A stretch of 64,000 bases of DNA from the human T2T-CHM13v2.0 reference genome, Homo sapiens (GCF_009914755.1 NC_060929.1), one strand, 5' to 3'; positions 1 to 10,499 are shown, counted from the first letter of the stretch. Made by a program: numbers and translations. The notes: a model not told the origin generated them from the sequence alone.

Positions 1-720
1 GGGCCCGGGTGGGGGGGGGGGGGGCGTGGAAGGAGGGGCGGGCCCGAGCAGGAGGGGGCGGGCCCGAGGGGCGGGGTGGGACAGGAGGTGGGCCGCTCGC
101 GGCCACGCCGCCGTCGCGGGTACATTCCTCGCTCCCGGCCGAGGAGCGCTCGGGCTGTCTGCGGACCCTGCCGCGTGCAGGGGTCGCGGCCGGCTGGAGC
201 TGGGAGTGAGGCGGCGGAGGAGCCAGGTGAGGAGGAGCCAGGTGAGCAGGACCCTGTGCTGGGCGCGGAGTCACGCAGGCTCGAGGTGAGCCGGAACCCT
301 TGTGGGCCCGGGCTGCGCTCCCAGCCGCCAGGGGGCGAGAGGCGGCGGGGCTACGGGGACTGCCCCTCCCGGCGCAGGGGACCTGGGCGTCCGCCGGGCG
401 GCAGGGGGTGGAGGGGGCGGTAAATCAGTAACCCGCAGTGCACACAGGGCCTTTTGTCCCGCTCCGTCCAAAGAGCACCCCGGCCGCGGAGCTGGTTACT
501 CATTGCCCACCGAGGCGGGGGCAGGCTGGCCCTGTGCAGCTACCCTCGGGACCCATTGATTCGCACCTCCCCCCAGGCTGGCCCGGCAAGGGTGGGGGAG
601 GACAAGCGCGCTTGTCCCTGCGGCTGTCTTCGCGCCGGCGGCAGAGATGAGGGACCTGAGGCCCCGAAAAGTTCAGTCACTTAGTGCCCGGGGGCCTCCA
701 GCGCGAGTGCGGGAGGCTGA
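1..720 (+). promoter_or_regulatory. FGFR4: FGFR4 CpG-island promoter / exon 1 / 5' intron 1
   Basis: Very GC- and CpG-rich and TATA-less, with repeated GGGGCGGG Sp/KLF boxes (35-42, 55-62, ~68-76) just upstream of the non-coding first exon. Confidence 0.9.
119..241 (+). other. FGFR4: FGFR4 non-coding exon 1 (start approximate; alternative donors after 226, 241 and 285)
   Basis: CAG|GTGAGG at 226/227, CAG|GTGAGC at 241/242, GAG|GTGAGC at 285/286; resembles the recalled FGFR4 5'UTR. Confidence 0.8.
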
Positions 721-1179
721 AGGAGAACCCAGGACTGTCTGATGCCTAAGGCAGGCCCTCCATTCCCACGTGGGGGGTGGTCGGTCAGCGGTCAGCAGCC
801 ATGGGTGACTCGACTAAGGACTCTGATATCAGGGCAGCCTGGGGTAGGAATAAACTCCCCGGGCCTCCCCACCCACTCCCAGCCCAAGCTGTGTACCCAA
901 AGAGCTGCCCTCCCTGCCAAGCCGAGCTTGGTAGGGAGTTTTACCAAGGAGGATCCGACTGGATTCGAGAGTTGAGGTGGGCCAGAGACAGCAGTATCTG
1001 AGTCAGGTAGAGAAGAGCAATGAGGGGCACAGAGGGATGGGCAAGAGAGCACATGTGCCCAGTTTTGAAAGCCAATGGCTTCAGCGCTCCTGAAGGGGCA
1101 GACGGTGTGACCAAAGAGATAGGCAGCGGCAGAGAGGGAGCCCTAGGATGTTGAGCTGGATCCTGCTGGGCACAGGTAG

Positions 1180-1559
<380 letters not shown>

Positions 1560-2810
1560 GACTTGTAGTTTTTTAAAACTCTGCTGGAAGATGAAGGTTG
1601 AAGAGCCGAGGGAGAGGATGTTTCCAGAGGCCCATGCAAGAGATGGCCATGACCTGCCTTGAGAAGGGGCAGGGGAAGCCAGATGGACTGGAAGTGGAGT
1701 GGCAGTGACCAAGGAGGAGGAGGTGTGATAGGCTTCCCACGCAGGGTAGATCCAGAGACACCAGTGCCACCCATAGGCCCCTAGGACTGCAGTGGTCACC
1801 GATTCCTTTGTCCCAGCTGAGACTCAGTTCTGAGTGTTCTATTTTGGGGAACAGAGGCGTCCTTGGTAGCATTTGGAAGAGGATAGCCAGCTGGGGTGTG
1901 TGTACATCACAGCCTGACAGTAACAGCATCCGAACCAGAGGTGACTGGCTAAGGGCAGACCCAGGGCAACAGGTTAACCGTTCTAGGGCCGGGCACAGGG
2001 AGGAGAACATTCCAACACTCTGCGTGCCGACGCACGTTCTCTCTTTTATCCTCAAAACAGTCCTATGAGGATAGTAAGCCAGAGAGAGACAGAGACAAGG
2101 AATTACAAGTTGGTGAGAGTCAGGATTTGAACTTGGCTCTGGCAGATGGAAAATTAGGGTCTGTATTCTTTACAAAACCGTGTGTGCCTCAGATGGAGTT
2201 GGTGCATAACAAGCAGAGGTATCCAGGGTCGCGGTCCTGCTTGCCACGGAAGGGGCCGCCTTGTCAGTTGTGACCACCCAGCCCTGGAAATGTCAGTAAT
2301 GCTGTAAGGAGTGGGGATCGGATCAGATGCCATCCAGATGCTGAAGTTTGACCTTGTGTCATTTTTCACTTTCTTTTTTGGCTCTTCTGCAATCAATTCA
2401 TTTATTTAGCAAAAAAGAAATTATGTGTGCCGAGAGCATGCAGAAGATATGTCTCCGTTCTCTGCTTCCCTCCAAAAAAGAATCCCAAAACTGCTTTCTG
2501 TGAACGTGTGCCAGGGTCCCAGCAGGACTCAGGGAGAGCAGGAAGCCCAGCCCAGACCCCTTGCACAACCTACCGTGGGGAGGCCTTAGGCTCTGGCTAC
2601 TACAGAGCTGGTTCCAGTCTGCACTGCCACAGCCTGGCCAGGGACTTGGACACATCTGCTGGCCACTTCCTGTCTCAGTTTCCTTATCTGCAAAATAAGG
2701 GAAAAGCCCCCACAAAGGTGCACGTGTAGCAGGAGCTCTTTTCCCTCCCTATTTTAGGAAGGCAGTTGGTGGGAAGTCCAGCTTGGGTCCCTGAGAGCTG
2801 TGAGAAGGAG

Positions 2811-2901
2811 ATGCGGCTGCTGCTGGCCCTGTTGGGGGTCCTGCTGAGTGTGCCTGGGCCTCCAGTCTTGTCCCTGGAGGCCTCTGAGGAAGTGGAGCTT
2901 G
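2811..2901 (+). CDS. FGFR4: FGFR4 exon 2 coding part (signal peptide MRLLLALLGVLLSVPGPPVLS); exon begins at 2758
   Basis: Acceptor ttttag|G at 2757/2758, ATG at 2811, donor G|gtatgg; 91 nt. Confidence 0.98.
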
Positions 2902-3164
2902 GTATGGCTTCTGAGGTGGGAGAGGGTGGCAGGGGTGGGAAGAGTGGGCACCAGGAGGGGGCTGCTGGGCTGAGCAAAGCTGGAAAGGATCCTTGCCCAG
3001 GCCCTGAGAAGGTGGCGGCAGGGCAGGGCTCAACCACTGAGACTCAGTCAGTGCCTGGCTTCCAGCAAGCATTCATCTATCACTGTGTCTGCGAGAGAGG
3101 ACTGGCCTTGCAGGGCGCAGGGCCCTAAGCTGGGCTGCAGAGCTGGTGGTGAGCTCCTTACCTG

Positions 3165-3363
3165 GGTGTGTGTGCGTGTGTGTGTGTGTTCTGTGCACTG
3201 GGTGTGTGACCTAGGAGGTCCAGGCAGCATGTGTGGTATAAGCATTATGAGGGTGATATGCCCCGGTGCAGCATGACCCTGTATGTGGCACCAACAGCAT
3301 GTGCCTTGTGTGTGTGTGTGTCCGTATGTGTGTGTGTGTATGCGTGTGTGTGTGTGTGTGTGT
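3165..3363. repeat. (TG)n dinucleotide tracts in FGFR4 intron 2
   Basis: Interrupted TG runs at ~3165-3189 and ~3308-3363. Confidence 0.9.
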
Positions 3364-3597
3364 CTTGGCCACTGTCGTGTGCACTAAATGCTGTGTGTGT
3401 GACATGCCCCAAGAGTGTGGCATTTGCCCTGGGTGTGGCATCCGCAGCATGTGGCTGTGTGGGTGTCAAGGAGTGGTGGCTCCTTCAGCATGCGTTGCAA
3501 AGTGCTTGTGCCCTGCATGTGCGGTGTGTTCTTTGTACACAGGAGGCTGCCTCAGATGGGGCTGCGGGGTCTGCTGACCTCTGCCCTCTGCCCACAG

Positions 3598-3861
3598 AGC
3601 CCTGCCTGGCTCCCAGCCTGGAGCAGCAAGAGCAGGAGCTGACAGTAGCCCTTGGGCAGCCTGTGCGTCTGTGCTGTGGGCGGGCTGAGCGTGGTGGCCA
3701 CTGGTACAAGGAGGGCAGTCGCCTGGCACCTGCTGGCCGTGTACGGGGCTGGAGGGGCCGCCTAGAGATTGCCAGCTTCCTACCTGAGGATGCTGGCCGC
3801 TACCTCTGCCTGGCACGAGGCTCCATGATCGTCCTGCAGAATCTCACCTTGATTACAGGTG
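3598..3861 (+). CDS. FGFR4: FGFR4 exon 3, Ig-like domain I
   Basis: cccacag|AG ... G|gtaaga; [13 protein letters not shown]...NLTLITG; 264 nt. Confidence 0.98.
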
Positions 3862-3952
3862 GTAAGAGACTCTAGCAGGGAGTGAAGGGATGCCTGGGGA
3901 GACAGACCTGCCCCTCTTGGACCTTAGATGCTTCCCTCTGTCCCTGATGTAG

Positions 3953-4033
3953 ACTCCTTGACCTCCAGCAACGATGATGAGGACCCCAAGTCCCATAGGG
4001 ACCCCTCGAATAGGCACAGTTACCCCCAGCAAG
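3953..4033 (+). CDS. FGFR4: FGFR4 exon 4, acid-box region
   Basis: tgtag|AC ... G|gtcagt; [27 protein letters not shown]; 81 nt. Confidence 0.97.
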
Positions 4034-4145
4034 GTCAGTAGGTCTCCAAGGACTTGTGTCCCCGCTGCTGCTCATCTGATCACTGAGAAGAGGAGGCCTG
4101 TGTGGGAACACACGGTCATTCTAGGGGCCTTCCCCTGCCCTCCAG

Positions 4146-4312
4146 CACCCTACTGGACACACCCCCAGCGCATGGAGAAGAAACTGCATGCAGTACCTGC
4201 GGGGAACACCGTCAAGTTCCGCTGTCCAGCTGCAGGCAACCCCACGCCCACCATCCGCTGGCTTAAGGATGGACAGGCCTTTCATGGGGAGAACCGCATT
4301 GGAGGCATTCGG
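4146..4312 (+). CDS. FGFR4: FGFR4 exon 5, Ig-like domain II N-half
   Basis: ctccag|CA ... CGG|gtgagt; [27 protein letters not shown]; 167 nt. Confidence 0.98.
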
Positions 4313-4449
4313 GTGAGTCTCTGGGTTCCAAGACCGTCTGCTCCCCCATTTTCATTCCTTCATCAGTCCCCTCATACCTACAAGCATACCTATAAATCAA
4401 TCGAATGAGTGAAGCGATTGCGGGGCCCCGGAAGGAGCCCTGGACTGTG

Positions 4450-4700
4450 GACCTGGGCAGCTCTGGTTCCCCTTCTGCTACTCTCTGGCAAGTGACTTAA
4501 CCTCTCAGCCTCAGCAACTCCATTTGTAAAGGGAGAAGAATCACTGACTGGTTGGTCTGCATAAGCCTTAGCATCTCATCGTCTTGATGAGACCCTGCAG
4601 GGTCGGCTCCATGCTGTCATGAGGCAACTGAGTCTCAGAGAAGGCAAGGGTTGGCTCAAAGTAGCACAGCTAGGGAGAGGGAGAGCTAAAATTCCAAAGG
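4450..4700. mobile_element. MIR SINE fragments in intron 5
   Basis: MIR core-like motifs ggcaagtgacttaacctctcagcctcag and gaggcaactgagtctcagagaag. Confidence 0.6.
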
Positions 4701-4892
4701 CTCAAACCCAAGGCTCAAGCGCCCTGGGGAGCCTACTCCTTTGTGCCATAGTCCTTGGCCTGGGCCTGATGTTCTCAGGGCCTAGAGAGCTTGACAAGAG
4801 CCCTGTGGGCAGGATGAGGATCTAGCCTCCTGGTCCTCTGGCCCCCTTGGTGGACATGGTCCGGTGGTCCCGGACACTCTCTCTGCCTGCAG

Positions 4893-5016
4893 CTGCGCCA
4901 TCAGCACTGGAGTCTCGTGATGGAGAGCGTGGTGCCCTCGGACCGCGGCACATACACCTGCCTGGTAGAGAACGCTGTGGGCAGCATCCGCTATAACTAC
5001 CTGCTAGATGTGCTGG
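4893..5016 (+). CDS. FGFR4: FGFR4 exon 6, Ig-like domain II C-half
   Basis: ctgcag|CTG ... G|gtgagc; [23 protein letters not shown]; 124 nt. Confidence 0.98.
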
Positions 5017-5528
5017 GTGAGCGCGGGGCTGGGAACAGGGGAGGCCTGACCCATTTTGGGCTCAGTTGTGCCCTCTTGGTGGGGTCTAGTCTGGCAGGCA
5101 GGATGGACTCAGATGAGTCAGGCAGCTTGGTGAGCAGGTGGGTCAGGGGAAAGCACAGGGGTTAGTGTGGGGCTGGAGGAGCAGAGGTCTGCCAAGAGGA
5201 AAAACAAGAAGGACATCCAGGCAGAGGGCGCAGCCCGAGCGGAGGGCCTGAGTATAACAAACGCCCTGCACTTGCAGGCCAGCATATTCGTAGGGCGTGG
5301 CGTTTATATGGGGAGCCAGGTGGTGGAGGGTTTTGAATGCTAGGCTGAGATGTTGTCCTTGACCCGAAGCAATAGGGAGCCAGGGAAGGTTTAAGCAGGG
5401 TAAGCAGGAGACAGACAAGAAGCTGCAGAAAGGTCCCTCCCTTGAACTTGAGGAAGGCTGGAGGGAGGCAAACAGGGTGCTTCTATGGGTGCCGGTGGTC
5501 AGGGTTGACTGTCTCGCCCGGTCCCCAG

Positions 5529-5719
5529 AGCGGTCCCCGCACCGGCCCATCCTGCAGGCCGGGCTCCCGGCCAACACCACAGCCGTGGTGGGCAGCGACG
5601 TGGAGCTGCTGTGCAAGGTGTACAGCGATGCCCAGCCCCACATCCAGTGGCTGAAGCACATCGTCATCAACGGCAGCAGCTTCGGAGCCGACGGTTTCCC
5701 CTATGTGCAAGTCCTAAAG
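5529..5719 (+). CDS. FGFR4: FGFR4 exon 7, Ig IIIa
   Basis: ccccag|AG ... AAG|gtaaaa; [17 protein letters not shown]...YVQVLK; 191 nt. Confidence 0.98.
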
Positions 5720-5853
5720 GTAAAAGGTGCACCCTGCTGCAGCCTGGGCCCCATTCTTCTCCCACCTTGGGTTGGGGGGCTCCCCAGCTTCCCTGTTGGC
5801 CACAGTGTGGCCCCAGGCCCTGCTGTGACCCCAGAGCATGTCCCCCACCCCAG

Positions 5854-5992
5854 ACTGCAGACATCAATAGCTCAGAGGTGGAGGTCCTGTACCTGCGGAA
5901 CGTGTCAGCCGAGGACGCAGGCGAGTACACCTGCCTCGCAGGCAATTCCATCGGCCTCTCCTACCAGTCTGCCTGGCTCACGGTGCTGCCAG
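5854..5992 (+). CDS. FGFR4: FGFR4 exon 8, single IIIc-type exon
   Basis: ccccag|ACT ... G|gtgagc; [27 protein letters not shown]; 139 nt; the preceding intron is only 134 nt, leaving no room for a IIIb exon. Confidence 0.98.
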
Positions 5993-6345
5993 GTGAGCAC
6001 CTGAAGGGCCAGGAGATGCTGCGAGATGCCCCTCTGGGCCAGCAGTGGGGGCTGTGGCCTGTTGGGTGGTCAGTCTCTGTTGGCCTGTGGGGTCTGGCCT
6101 GGGGGGCAGTGTGTGGATTTGTGGGTTTGAGCTGTATGACAGCCCCTCTGTGCCTCTCCACACGTGGCCGTCCATGTGACCGTCTGCTGAGGTGTGGGTG
6201 CCTGGGACTGGGCATAACTACAGCTTCCTCCGTGTGTGTCCCCACATATGTTGGGAGCTGGGAGGGACTGAGTTAGGGTGCACGGGGCGGCCAGTCTCAC
6301 CACTGACCAGTTTGTCTGTCTGTGTGTGTCCATGTGCGAGGGCAG

Positions 6346-6539
6346 AGGAGGACCCCACATGGACCGCAGCAGCGCCCGAGGCCAGGTATACGGACATCAT
6401 CCTGTACGCGTCGGGCTCCCTGGCCTTGGCTGTGCTCCTGCTGCTGGCCGGGCTGTATCGAGGGCAGGCGCTCCACGGCCGGCACCCCCGCCCGCCCGCC
6501 ACTGTGCAGAAGCTCTCCCGCTTCCCTCTGGCCCGACAG
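6346..6539 (+). CDS. FGFR4: FGFR4 exon 9, transmembrane / juxtamembrane
   Basis: ggcag|AG ... CAG|gtactg; [23 protein letters not shown] helix; Gly388 codon GGG at 6450-6452; 194 nt. Confidence 0.98.
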
Positions 6540-6613
6540 GTACTGGGCGCATCCCCCACCTCACATGTGACAGCCTGACTCCAGCAGGCAGAACCAAGTC
6601 TCCCACTTTGCAG

Positions 6614-6759
6614 TTCTCCCTGGAGTCAGGCTCTTCCGGCAAGTCAAGCTCATCCCTGGTACGAGGCGTGCGTCTCTCCTCCAGCGGCCCCGCCTTGCTC
6701 GCCGGCCTCGTGAGTCTAGATCTACCTCTCGACCCACTATGGGAGTTCCCCCGGGACAG
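6614..6759 (+). CDS. FGFR4: FGFR4 exon 10
   Basis: ttgcag|TTC ... AG|gtgcgc; [12 protein letters not shown]...WEFPRDR; 146 nt. Confidence 0.98.
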
Positions 6760-6861
6760 GTGCGCTGAGCTGTGTGGGGGCAGGGACGCGGGCGCCGGGT
6801 TGCAGCCCGCCCTCCGCAGGAGTGACTCGGAGGTCTGAGGCTGGACTTTCTCCATCTCCAG

Positions 6862-6983
6862 GCTGGTGCTTGGGAAGCCCCTAGGCGAGGGCTGCTTTGG
6901 CCAGGTAGTACGTGCAGAGGCCTTTGGCATGGACCCTGCCCGGCCTGACCAAGCCAGCACTGTGGCCGTCAAGATGCTCAAAG
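6862..6983 (+). CDS. FGFR4: FGFR4 exon 11, kinase P-loop and VAVK
   Basis: ctccag|G ... AAAG|gtgagt; LGEGCFGQV...VAVKMLK; 122 nt. Confidence 0.98.
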
Positions 6984-6991
6984 GTGAGTGT

Positions 6992-7307
6992 GGCCCGGTG
7001 TGGTGGCTCACACCTGTAACGCCAGCACTTTAGGAGGCTGAGGGTGGGAGGATCGCTTGAATCCAGGAATTCGAGGCCAGCCTGGGCAACATGGCAAGAC
7101 TTCATCTCTACAAAAAAAAAATAAGAAAATTAGTTGGGTGTGGTGGTGTGTGCCTTTAGTCTCAGTTACTAGGGAGGCTGAGGCAGGAGGATCCCTTGAA
7201 TCCAGGAGTTGGAGGTTGCAGGGAGCCATGATCACGCCACTGTATTCCAGCCTGGGCAACACAGTGAGACCCTATCTGAAAAAATAAATAAATAAATAAA
7301 AATAAAA
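6992..7307 (+). mobile_element. AluJ-type element 8 nt downstream of the exon 11 donor
   Basis: Full dimeric Alu with ggatcgcttga/ggatcccttga J-like arms and an (AAAT)n tail. Confidence 0.9.
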
Positions 7308-8537
7308 GGTGAACGTGGCAGCCTGGAGGAGGTGCTATGGCATTGGGACTAATAGAAGGGGCTCACGGTGCCACCAGGTGAGCCCTGGAGCTGGGAGAGG
7401 CTGTGGGATCCCACCCTTAAACCTGCAATTCACCTCTGCTCCTGACCCTGGCAAGTGACTTCTGAGCCTCAGTTTTCCCTTGTGTCATATGGGGTAGATA
7501 ACAGTCCCTACTCCCAGCCCAAGGATTGTGGAAAGTGCCTGGCTCATAGTCAGGGCTCAATAAATCTTCACCACTGGGGTGATGATGATGAGAAGAATTT
7601 GGTGTGACAGGCTTGATATCCTGTGTCAGCATTAGTCTGTGTCAGCTTTGACTTCACATCTCCTTGTCAGCCTCACAGGCCCTCTACCTCCTTCCTTATG
7701 GTTCCCCCCAGACACACCCTCAGCCTCCCTTGGACCCTCCCTAGGTCTGCCCCCCACGTCCACTGCTGTAGGAGGACAGCCCTTCTGCTTGCACCCAGGC
7801 CCAGCCCCGGGGTGCTCTTGCTGGGCACTCCTGCACCCCACCCATCAGGGCCTCTCCTTGCAGTTCCCCAGCCCCCTCTGCAAGAATGGCCTCCACTGCT
7901 CTTCTGCTCCTCCCCTCCTCTCTACACAGCTGGGGCCACCTGGTGCTCCCTGGGAGGCAGGGATTGAGAAATGCACATTGTGTCATTGGCCCAGGGCCAC
8001 AGGTCAGCCCCAGGGGCTCAGCCAGAGAAGCCAAAGCAGCCTTCTTCCCAAGCTCCCCGGCTGCACCCGGCCTGCCGCCAGCTCCCTGAATTCCCAGGCC
8101 AGTTGGAAGCCAGGCCCTGGTCAAACAGACCCCAGGGCGCCAGCCTGCTTTCCGCACCCAGAAGCTCTGACCCCATGCGGGGACTACCGCTGACCCCTCC
8201 AGCGGCAGCTTCCTTCCTTCCTTCCTGCTCCGAGCTCTTCCCCTCTCTCCTGTGTCCTGGGCCTGCCCGCTGGAAGGCCTGCCTCTTAGATCCTTGATAC
8301 AGTTGCATCCTTGCAACTGCTGTGACAGGCAGGGTGTGACCCACTGCTCTGTTTCCCACAAGACGAACCTGAGGTTCAGAGACGCTAGGAGACTTTTTCA
8401 AGGCCACACAGCCTAGCAAGGATTCAGCCCTAGACCTACGTAGCCCTGGTCCAGTGCTGCTTGTCCTGCACCTGCCTCTGCATGCTCCCTCGTGCAGTTG
8501 GAGGGCAGCCTCTTCACCCCGTCTGCTGCCCTTACAG

Positions 8538-8648
8538 ACAACGCCTCTGACAAGGACCTGGCCGACCTGGTCTCGGAGATGGAGGTGATGAAGCTGATCG
8601 GCCGACACAAGAACATCATCAACCTGCTTGGTGTCTGCACCCAGGAAG
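8538..8648 (+). CDS. FGFR4: FGFR4 exon 12, kinase alphaC
   Basis: ttacag|AC ... G|gtgggg; [36 protein letters not shown]; Asn535 AAC at 8621; 111 nt. Confidence 0.98.
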
Positions 8649-8740
8649 GTGGGGCCGAGGCGGGGCTGGCTGCACGGGCCGTTAGGGTGCAGAGCCAAAG
8701 CTTTGGCAGCCTCTCCACGCTCCCTCCACTCCCTCTGCAG

Positions 8741-8931
8741 GGCCCCTGTACGTGATCGTGGAGTGCGCCGCCAAGGGAAACCTGCGGGAGTTCCTGCGGG
8801 CCCGGCGCCCCCCAGGCCCCGACCTCAGCCCCGACGGTCCTCGGAGCAGTGAGGGGCCGCTCTCCTTCCCAGTCCTGGTCTCCTGCGCCTACCAGGTGGC
8901 CCGAGGCATGCAGTATCTGGAGTCCCGGAAG
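8741..8931 (+). CDS. FGFR4: FGFR4 exon 13, hinge (Val550 gatekeeper, Cys552)
   Basis: ctgcag|GG ... AAG|gtacag; [18 protein letters not shown]; GTG at 8758, TGC at 8764; 191 nt. Confidence 0.98.
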
Positions 8932-9165
8932 GTACAGGCGCTAGGGCTCTGAGCCCCTCTCAGTCTCTCCAGCTCCACTCTCAGGCCTGTGGCATTCAAT
9001 GTCCCGACTTCTCCCTCTCTGCTCTTTTTCATGACCCCACCTCAGTGTCCCCAGGCATTCACGCTTTCCTGCATTCCCCACTCGTTCCTCACCCTTCCCC
9101 AGAGGGGAGAGGGGACGCAGGAGAAGGCACTCCCCGTTTCTAAACCTTGACCTCCTCCTCTGTAA

Positions 9166-9566
<401 letters not shown>

Positions 9567-9811
9567 TGAGTCCTGCCGGCGGTCACTGTCCTACCCCACA
9601 AAAAGGGCAAGGCACTGCCCAAAGTCACGTGGCCCCAGGAGTCATGCGCTCGAGGGCTCCTTCAGATTTGGTCTGGGACCCGAGTGGGCCCAGACTCCAG
9701 GAGGAGCCCATTCCCCAACAGCTGTGGTGGGTCATGTCTGTGGGGTCCCCCGTCCTAGCCCCGGTCGTCGGGAGGGCGCTGAGCCACACTGAGCCCTGGC
9801 CCTACCTCCAG

Positions 9812-9949
9812 GTGGTCTTTTGGGATCCTGCTATGGGAGATCTTCACCCTCGGGGGCTCCCCGTATCCTGGCATCCCGGTGGAGGAGCTGTTCTCGCTGC
9901 TGCGGGAGGGACATCGGATGGACCGACCCCCACACTGCCCCCCAGAGCT
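9812..9949 (+). CDS. FGFR4: FGFR4 exon 16
   Basis: ctccag|G ... CT|gtgagg; [20 protein letters not shown]...PPHCPPE; 138 nt. Confidence 0.98.
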
Positions 9950-10055
9950 GTGAGGCCTCACCCTGCCCTCGACCCCACTTTCCAGTCCTCCTCCTCCTCT
10001 GCCCTGACCATGGCCTCAGGGTGTGTCCCGGCCAGAAGGACAACACTAACAACAA

Positions 10056-10077
10056 CTCCTCGTCCTCCTCCTCCTCT

Positions 10078-10162
<85 letters not shown>

Positions 10163-10200
10163 TCTCCTCCTGCTCCTCTTCCTCCTCCTTCTCTTCCTCC

Positions 10201-10246
<46 letters not shown>

Positions 10247-10310
10247 TCTCCTCCTGCTCCTCTTCCTCCTCCTTCTCTTCCTCCTCCTTCTCTTCCTCCT
10301 CCTCCTCCTG

Positions 10311-10343
<33 letters not shown>
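10056..10343. repeat. (TCC/TCT)n polypyrimidine trinucleotide tract in intron 16
   Basis: ~290 nt almost entirely C/T, in triplet register. Confidence 0.95.
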
Positions 10344-10499
10344 AGCCTAGTGGAGTGTCCTGGCCTGGCTTCTACTGATGACCCTCCTATCCCTCATCAA
10401 ACTCCCCACCAAACTCCTCCCCACCCAGAGAACCCCCGGTCCTCCCCTTCCTCCTGAAGGCCTGAGGCTCCCTGTGACCCTCCGCCCCACCTCTCGCAG

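Noticed and set aside
5720-5853. Hidden IIIb alternative exon as in FGFR1-3
   Set aside because: The intron is only 134 nt and intron 8 shows no Ig-like coding segment; consistent with FGFR4 having a single IIIc-type exon
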